From NCBI GenBank assembly GCA_951406725.2, contig OX597828.1, forward strand, positions 32,984,001 to 33,048,000: a stretch of DNA of 64,000 nucleotides, given 5' to 3'. Below the pieces are notes generated by a model. The model had not been told where the DNA came from, ran no database searches, and saw only the letters and a list, made by a program, of their open reading frames with translations. The DNA comes from Octopus vulgaris. Its lineage: Eukaryota. A program made the translations under genes and the position numbers. Shown in pieces: positions 55,763-64,000 of the stretch. Positions within the stretch are counted from its first letter, which is position 1. Each line of letters starts with the position of its first letter.

Positions 55763-56553
55763 ATATATATATATTTCTACATGGATAAAAAAGAATATTC
55801 GAAAAAGTTAGAAATTAAGAAATTGCGGTGAGGACATGGGGAAACTAAACTTTTCAAAAGGGGATTTCTGGTCAAAATCGTATTAACCCCCTTTTATACG
55901 ATGAAACAATACATAGTTTGTGGTCCTTGTTAGGAACAGAAAGTACTTTCTTGCACGCCATGCAAATTGTACCCACCCAGCTTCCCTTTTCAATAAGCAA
56001 TAACTTCCATTACGCCTGTAATTCAGTTCACTATATATCAGCTGTGTTGATTCTCCCCATAAGAGAGGAACAAATAATACAATGCGGCTGTAGGTCATAA
56101 CACACGGGCAACTGCGGAATGCATTGGTAGTGTGTGTGTGTGTGCGTGCGTGTGTGTGTGCATGTATATATATATATATATAAATACATATAATTATAAA
56201 TATACACATTTGTGTGTGTGATGTGAAGGTGCATGGGTCACTGGTCATGATGACGAGCTCACAATTATGAGGTATTGAGTTCAAATTCCGGACTGGGCTG
56301 CATGTTATGTTCTTGAGCAAGACACTGTATTTCACGTTGCTCAAATTCATATACATATATATATCTATATATATATATATAATATATATATGCATGTATA
56401 TATATATTGTCCGAAATTGTCGTGATTTCTGGAACTTGACTGAGGAAAGAAAGCCACGAGTAACCCGTCTTTTTGTGACTGTCCTTCTAATTGTTTTTTC
56501 TCTTGTCTGCATTTGTATTGTCCAAATGATTTAACGTCCGTTTTGTTTTGTTC

Positions 56554-56588
<35 letters not shown>

Positions 56589-56863
56589 TGGTTGATAATC
56601 ATTCAAAAGAAAGTAAGAAAATGCAGATATAACATGTCATAAAAATTCATTAGCTGCCAACTCCAGACATATTTCCATTTACAGATGATAAAATAATAAT
56701 TAATTAAAAAGTAATTAATAAAATTATTATATTAGGAAAAAGCTCATAAGAGGGATAGAGAAAAGGTATACGATTATGTTTTGAAGTGTTGTATTTGAGA
56801 ATCATCACAGCAGACTCTGGGACGAGTTCGAGAGATGTGTTGAGGAATGAGTATAGGTACCTT

Positions 56864-56904
<41 letters not shown>

Positions 56905-58023
56905 TATAATACAAACTGCAATACTACTTGAAAATATAATAACTCAGAGAAGGCAACCCAGAAAGCAACTCCTATCACAACAACATAAAAAGGAAATTAA
57001 TGGAAAAACCCATGCTATTGAAGTAGTAAGAACATTAAAAGCAATGAGCACGATCCAAATGTATTATGTTTTAAATGCCTCAGTAGAATCGGAGATCTAT
57101 TGTAAGCAATCAACACTGACAATAACAAATATATTCACGTGTGTATTTGAAATCTTACTGTATGCAATTACATGCTAGGTTGTAGAAATAACTACATAGG
57201 GCAACCTGGGACGTTCATAAGATAAAGCATAACTCAGCATAGATCACAAATCAAATTACACGAATACAGGCAAATAAAAATCAGTGAACACACAGACATA
57301 GGGGCGAAATCTTTTATGATGTATTTCTTATATAAATTTGCTGATTGCCCATAGCAAGAACAAGGCATCAAAGAAATGCGGATGGGAAAGATGACAAACA
57401 CTCAAATTACTATTGCTGATTCTGGTGCTACTAGCACTGAAGCTTCTGCTATTTCTGATATAACTGACACTATTACTGCTAGAGCTAGTAGCCCGACCGT
57501 TACTATGAAATGATAGGAATACACGACCCCCCACTAATTCTACGGTCTTTACCATTTACTACTCCAATACCAATACGACTCTTGCTTAAACTAATATTGT
57601 TGCTTCAACTCGTGAGACTGGTACAACCACTAATACTACGGCCACTACTGTAGCTTCGGCTACTACCGAGCTGCACCTTCACACCAACATTGCCCGTAAG
57701 GAACAAAAGACAACAGCTTCTTTTATAACTACTACTACGAGGACAACGACGACGACGGCTGTCACATGACGACTCAGACATCAGATCGAGGCTAACTACC
57801 AGCACCATGAGAATTTAGTAAAAACACACTTGACTCTCAAGAACTGATATCATGAACAATTTCATTTTATTTATTTAAATTTATTTCCCCTTCTTCTACG
57901 ACATAATGAAACTCTCTTAAAATCGATCGGCAGCATATTTTGATGAAAATGTAAATAATTTCATTCTTTTATCCATGATAAAGTTCTCAAGGCACTTCTC
58001 TCTTTATATACATACATACATAA

Positions 58024-58081
<58 letters not shown>

Positions 58082-58108
58082 TACTTTTAAATGTGTGTGT
58101 CTGTGTGT

Positions 58109-58180
<72 letters not shown>

Positions 58181-59288
58181 GTATGTATGTATGTATGAAT
58201 ATCAGAGAGAGAGAGAGTAATGGTGAAAATACATGCAGACTCAAAGAGAAATAGAGATTGTTAGAAGGAAGAGATAAACGTGTAGATCTCCACGAGGGTA
58301 ATGCCTACTTCGATGAGCAACAGGTTATTTACGAATTAAAACACTATTAAATAACGCCTGGAGAACGACTTATAAATGTCATATAAATGTCAAATATTGT
58401 CTTTATTCAAAACTGCTGGTTAACATGTGCACATACATCAACATAAACTTTCATATTATGACATCTTTGATAATTTCTTCATTCATTCATTTATTCCACC
58501 AATCAATCAGAGAGATTTATACATACATAGAATAAAAGAATTCTAGAAAATGTATGAATACGTGCTTCCAGAATTTTTTTGCCACCTTTTCTAAAGCTTC
58601 TAATGTTGCTGAAAGGAATTTGATTATCGATGGCGTCACATTGCAATAGATAAATCAACCGAAAATCAAAACATTGAAAGCCGAGTACGCTACATAAATT
58701 TTCAAATGTACAATTTTTTATAGAAGTTTTAAGAGGCAAAGAAATTGCGTAAAGGTGATAGAAAAGGATTTGGGGGGTGGGAAGTGCTAGCACTATTTCT
58801 AATATTTTTTTAATCTTCAACTATTCTAACTGGGTAGAAACGATAATATACTCACAGATTTTAATAAAAGCATCCTTTATTTGTTCTTTAACGCGATGAA
58901 TTCAATCTGGAAACGTAATTTGACCTTCCAGTATATACGTTTTAAAAATCTTCTACGGTTTCTTTATACAGGATTCACGTGATACACGTTAATCAATGAA
59001 AGCGTAATGTCCCAACACCAACTTACATTTTTTTTTCAATATTACAGTTGCTATCTAACAATGAAGAATCATCGAACGCAAAGTTGTGGCATAAACCAAT
59101 TTCCAAATAAATATCAAATATTCTACATCCTCTATGAGTAATATCTCTCTAGTCACATACGAACATGTGCTTTATTCTTACATACATTTACACATATAAA
59201 TATATATAGCCAAATAGATGCATACGCATAAATATGCAGTATGTACATATATATGTATATTTTTATGTATGGATACATAGACACACAA

Positions 59289-59343
<55 letters not shown>

Positions 59344-59369
59344 TATGTGTGTATGTGTGTGTGTGTGTG

Positions 59370-59413
<44 letters not shown>

Positions 59414-59467
59414 TATGCATGTATATATAGAGAGCGATAGGTAGATAGATACATACATAGATAAATT

Positions 59468-59595
<128 letters not shown>

Positions 59596-60029
59596 CAGCT
59601 GCTTAATACGAGTTGAAAGTTCTTTTCATTTCTCTATTTCTTTTTTGTGATAATAATTCTGATTCTATGTTCTTTTTCAATAAGACATTCGTTAATAAAA
59701 TAATTATTCTTAATTTTAGTGAAAAGAACTGTACCTGATATTAAGCGAGCAACTGTATTACATAGTATTGCGGGTTGGAATTGGTGACCCTTTTGAAACA
59801 ATAAAGGAAATCGTATTCAGAAAAGGATAATGCAAACGTATTTGTTTTCTTTTAGATTGTACCTAATTTAAGCAAACGGTAACAGATGAAAAGAGTACAA
59901 GTGGTCTGAAGAGAGTAAAATGGACGTGGTGATTTGTGCAGCCTTTGGCTGCATGAATAACAATGTCATTGTTGACAACCTACATCTTCCACAGGACTCA
60001 ATCCAATGGATGAAGAACGAGTTGGAGGA

Positions 60030-60200
60030 CCCAGCTAGCAAACATGAGTGGTACTTGTAATTCAAAGTGCTGGCCTTGTCAAATCCTGTGTCACATTGAA
60101 TCTCACTGAGAACTACAATAAGAGTACTTATGTCTGTGGAGTTCTCAGCCACTTGCAAGTAAGCTGTCCCGTTGATCAGATCAACTGGAATCCTCATCGT
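60030..60200 (+). mobile_element. SINE 3' portion (same family as 31820-31990)
   Basis: ggccttgtcaaatcctgtgtcacattgaatctcactgagaactac...tgtctgtggagttctcagccacttgca...caactggaatcctcatcgtc. Confidence 0.6.
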
Positions 60201-60289
60201 CAGGTATATAAATATTCATGGAAAAACATATATTCCCGTACACAAACGCGCGCACACTCACCTGTGCTCTTATGTAAGGAAACCATTGG

Positions 60290-60835
60290 TACCTGCTCTA
60301 GATACAGAAGTAAAGACTGCAATAAGATACAGAGAGTTTGTGACAAAGCATAAAGGATGAACACATGGGACTAAGCCGATAAATATCAAGGAGTGATGTT
60401 TGTAGAAAACTAACCCAAAGATTTAGGAAAGCTGTGAAGGAAGCCAAACACAACATTAAGATGTTTGAAAAGCCAAGGAGTTCCATCAAATAGAAACTAT
60501 GTAGGACGTACCAATGCGAACTGCAAGAACTGCATGGTATCTAAGATTAAGCCTGGCATTAACTATAGAAATAGAAATGCAGTCTACAGTATAAGGTGTA
60601 TAGAGGATTCTCGTAAAGACAAGAACGTGAAATACATTAGCGAGACGTCTCGAAGCATTTTGGAGAGACTAAACGGACATTTGAGACAATATGATGACCA
60701 AAAACAGTCTTCCATTCACTACCAACATTCCAAAGACTAAAATGGAAACACGCCAGGTCGATTTGACATCCGCATTTTATCCAAGCTACCGAAGGACCCA
60801 ACATTCAGACAAATACAGGAGTACATCCGCATAAA
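60290..60835 (+). mobile_element. Penelope-like element GIY-YIG endonuclease remnant
   Basis: NCKNC..NRNAVYSIRCIED..KYISETSRSILERLNGH..HYQH matches the PLE CxxC / VYxIxC / YIGETxRxLxERxxEH signature. Confidence 0.82.
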
Positions 60836-60842
60836 TGTAACA

Positions 60843-60883
60843 TTGTGAGTGGGTTTGGTTACGGAAACTGAAAGAAACCCGTC

Positions 60884-60949
<66 letters not shown>

Positions 60950-61222
60950 TTATGTATGTATGTATGTATGTATGTATGTATGTATGTATGTACGTATGTA
61001 TATGCATGTGTATGTATGTTTGTATGTCTGTGTTTGTCCCCCGACATCGCTTTACAGCCGATGCTATGTGTTTAAGACCCCGTAACCTAGCGGTTCGGTA
61101 AGAGAGACCGATAGAATAAGTACTAAGCTTACAAAGAATAAGTCCTGGGGTCGATATACTCGACTGAAGGCGGTGCTCCAGCATGGTCACAGTAAAATGA
61201 CTGAAACAAGTAAAAGAGTAAA
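60843..61222 (+). mobile_element. SINE family B, 5'-truncated, with internal (TA)n/(TATG)n
   Basis: ttgtgagtgggtttggttacggaaactgaaagaaacccgtcg...tgtttgtccccc...cttacaaagaataagtcctggggtcgat...aatgactgaaacaagtaaaagagtaa. Confidence 0.88.
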
Positions 61223-61847
61223 CAGCTTTCTTCGGATGCGTATGACCATATAGATTTTCAACATACAAATACACCATTACAATTTTTTTAGCAAATTTAT
61301 TATCAGTAATAGAGAATAAAATAATAACATTGCTTCTTTTTGCTATTATTTTATATATATATACAAGTAGGTAAATGGATATGCAAGTAAACAGAGAAAT
61401 AAGTAGGTATTTATGTACATAGGTAATACGGATAGACAAGCACGAACACACACACACACACATACATAAACAAAACAAGACTGAGACACATGACCATATA
61501 CACAAACGCACACTTCACACAGACAGGAACACATATGGAGACACACATCCATACGCAACTGAAGCAGGTACAGAGTCACAAAAACACATACACATAGATA
61601 CACTCAAACATGCACACACATGGAGACAGAGGTAAACACACAAATACACATACACACACATACAGGCACACAAACATGAACACACATACATGAGTATGCA
61701 GAACGACTATTGAAGCAGTTGCAAGAAGCCACAAAAATTTTTGGAAAAATTAATGAGTGGAAGTCGAACCGGTGAGTGCGTTAATTTATATGGCATCAAA
61801 ACAGATTGACCCTCCCCAGACACAATAATAATATATATATGTACGTA

Positions 61848-61879
<32 letters not shown>

Positions 61880-62054
61880 CAAATAGAAACTATGTAGGAC
61901 GTACCAATGAGAACTGCAAAATGACCATCTAAGATTAAGCCTGGCATTAACTGTAGAACTAGAAATGTAAGCTGTGAGTGCGTTAATTTATATGGCATCA
62001 AAACAGATTGACCCTCCCAGATATATTATGTGTAATAATAATATATATATGTAC

Positions 62055-62107
<53 letters not shown>

Positions 62108-62834
62108 TACATATATATATATACATATATATATACATACATATATATATACATACGTATATATATATATATATATATGTATATACATGATGCATAAAGT
62201 TTCCACAGTTTCCACCTGTTCTTCCGCTCATCAGTTGTTGATTGCAAACCACAGCTACGACAACGTCCAGCAGCATCCTTAGCTTTACTAACCACACAGA
62301 AAAGGTCCTAGCGGGGCAGCTGCAGAAGTGGAGCTGAAAACTAGTGTTCACTTTCATTTTACCACACAATGTCGCAAACTCATTTCACTGCTTTTATCCA
62401 TGCAGCCACTGCACCGTCACAAACAAATATGTAACTAAACCAATCATACACCAAACGTATCAACAACTTCTTCAGAGATTTGCTTTGTTCTCTCTCATCT
62501 ATAGTGTAGTATTTTCCATTTTCTTCTACAGTTAGTGAATCACCGCTTTGTTGTCCTTCCTATGTCCGATTGTAGTGAAGTAGAATATCATGGATGTAAC
62601 CACAAACCCACTTTGTGAAACCTCTACACTGCTGTAGAGTCTACAGCATGTGCCGTTCATTGTTATCTCCATGCTTCAATCCAATACGTTTTGTTTAAAA
62701 TTTAATTTGGTATTACACTTCTCACAATTCACTGTATACGTCTATTATCGTGTCTCAGATAATTCCTTACAACATTCGTAATTAAGCCGGGTTCTAAAGT
62801 CTGCAATCCAGTTATTCAATCCGAAGAGTTTGGT

Positions 62835-63290
62835 ATCATCATCATCATTGTTCGACCGTGGTAGAGACAATGGAATTTACCATGCTACGCCAGACTTCAT
62901 GGTCCATCATAACATTACGGAGGATGCCTGTATCCCTGGATATTACATCAGGGTAGGGGAGTGTGCGCCCTCTGGTATTGCGAGTAGATGGCTTCCAGAG
63001 AAGAAGAGAAGAAATTGCCTCGTTTTCAGCTCTACAACAATGACCAGCAAACTGGACTCTCCTACCTTTTACAAGAGATGACACAGGTGGTAGCTTCCCA
63101 TATATTTGCATTTTGGTTGGATGACTCTTCCACGACAGATTTTGAGCTCTCATAAGGAGGCGAGTGTAGGTTCCATCCAACCGCCTCTCAAGCTTCTTTG
63201 ATAACGTCCAGGTTTCTGAGCCATATAGTAGAATTGGTTCGACTGTGGATTTGAAGACTCGATATGGCTTTGATATGGCTTTGAATTGGA
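62835..63290 (-). mobile_element. 5'-truncated RTE-type LINE 3' end with (TGA)n tail
   Basis: VFKSTVEPILLYGSETWTL, LDGTYTRLL, RRVQFAGHC, VWRSMV; tail tgatgatgatgat. Confidence 0.9.
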
Positions 63291-63819
63291 GGTTGGTATC
63301 CTCCAATTCGCTAAAAGGAATTCGTCCACATGTTTATATTTGCTGAAGATTTCTGATTTGGATTTCAGTCCTGCGGTGAAATTCTTAGATTTAAAAAGAA
63401 TATGCGATTACTGAATATATAAATATATATATTACAAGTAAGAAGATATATTATTTCAACGCGTAATTTCTGATAGAACAGCATATATAGGATGACATCT
63501 TGGCCAGTAGTTATAATAGAAGCTGCTGGTTCAAACTACCACGTAGGGAAACTGAAACTCTAATCCATGTGGTTGCGAAGCAAGCTTCGTACCACACAAC
63601 TACATCTGTGGGGATGAGAAAATATTTTTTTATTCAATTTAAATCTATCATCTTTAAACTTAAGAATAACCTACAAAATGTTCCGATCATTGTTCATATT
63701 GTCCTGTTGTTATTATGGCCGCTCTCAGATGGTTGATTTTTACCTTGGGTAAAACAAATCGATGCTTCTTAATAAATCAATATCGTTTAAAAATTGGCAT
63801 CGCCTTTGTCAATGTTGCT

Positions 63820-63985
63820 GCTGTTGAGAACCAGATGAGCTTCAATAATGTAGATTCTTTGAAAGCTACCATAGTCAGAGTAATGTCGAAAATGAACCAA
63901 CACCTCTTGATTGAAGCTTGTAGATTATTTAGGTCTCATAGAGAAGCAGTTATTAAAGCGAAACAGTTTAAACTAGAATGTGTTA
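63820..63985 (+). mobile_element. Tc1/mariner transposase C-terminal remnant
   Basis: NNVDSLKATIVRVMSKMNQHLLIEACRLFRSHREAVIKAK resembles the conserved transposase tail LKxAIxxxW...CxxFxxRxEAVIxAxG. Confidence 0.65.
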
Positions 63986-64000
63986 ACTTATGATTACAAT

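Noticed and set aside
57400-57810. Thr/Ala-rich mucin-like coding appearance
   Set aside because: In-frame stops; eroded ACT/GCT repeat

Overview
AT-rich eukaryotic non-coding DNA dominated by microsatellites and transposon debris. The SINE families look like octopus/cephalopod repeats (inferred from recall, not a database search). No intact cellular gene is supportable, and almost all ORF-track entries are simple-repeat artefacts. Recognisable remnants are R4/Dong-type, CR1-type and RTE LINEs, Penelope-like elements (RT and GIY-YIG), mariner/Tc1 transposases, a complete non-autonomous Helitron and many tRNA-type SINEs. The standout is a young, non-coding ~362-bp repeat at 24108-25388: one inverted plus ~2.5 tandem copies inserted in (TA)n. 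Its complete monomers carry a type I hammerhead ribozyme with a compensated U3-A8 core (UUGAAAA) and a palindromic stem III, the architecture of a retrozyme that could yield ~360-nt circular RNAs. A second ~152-bp family with a hammerhead-like motif and several decayed hammerheads are also present.
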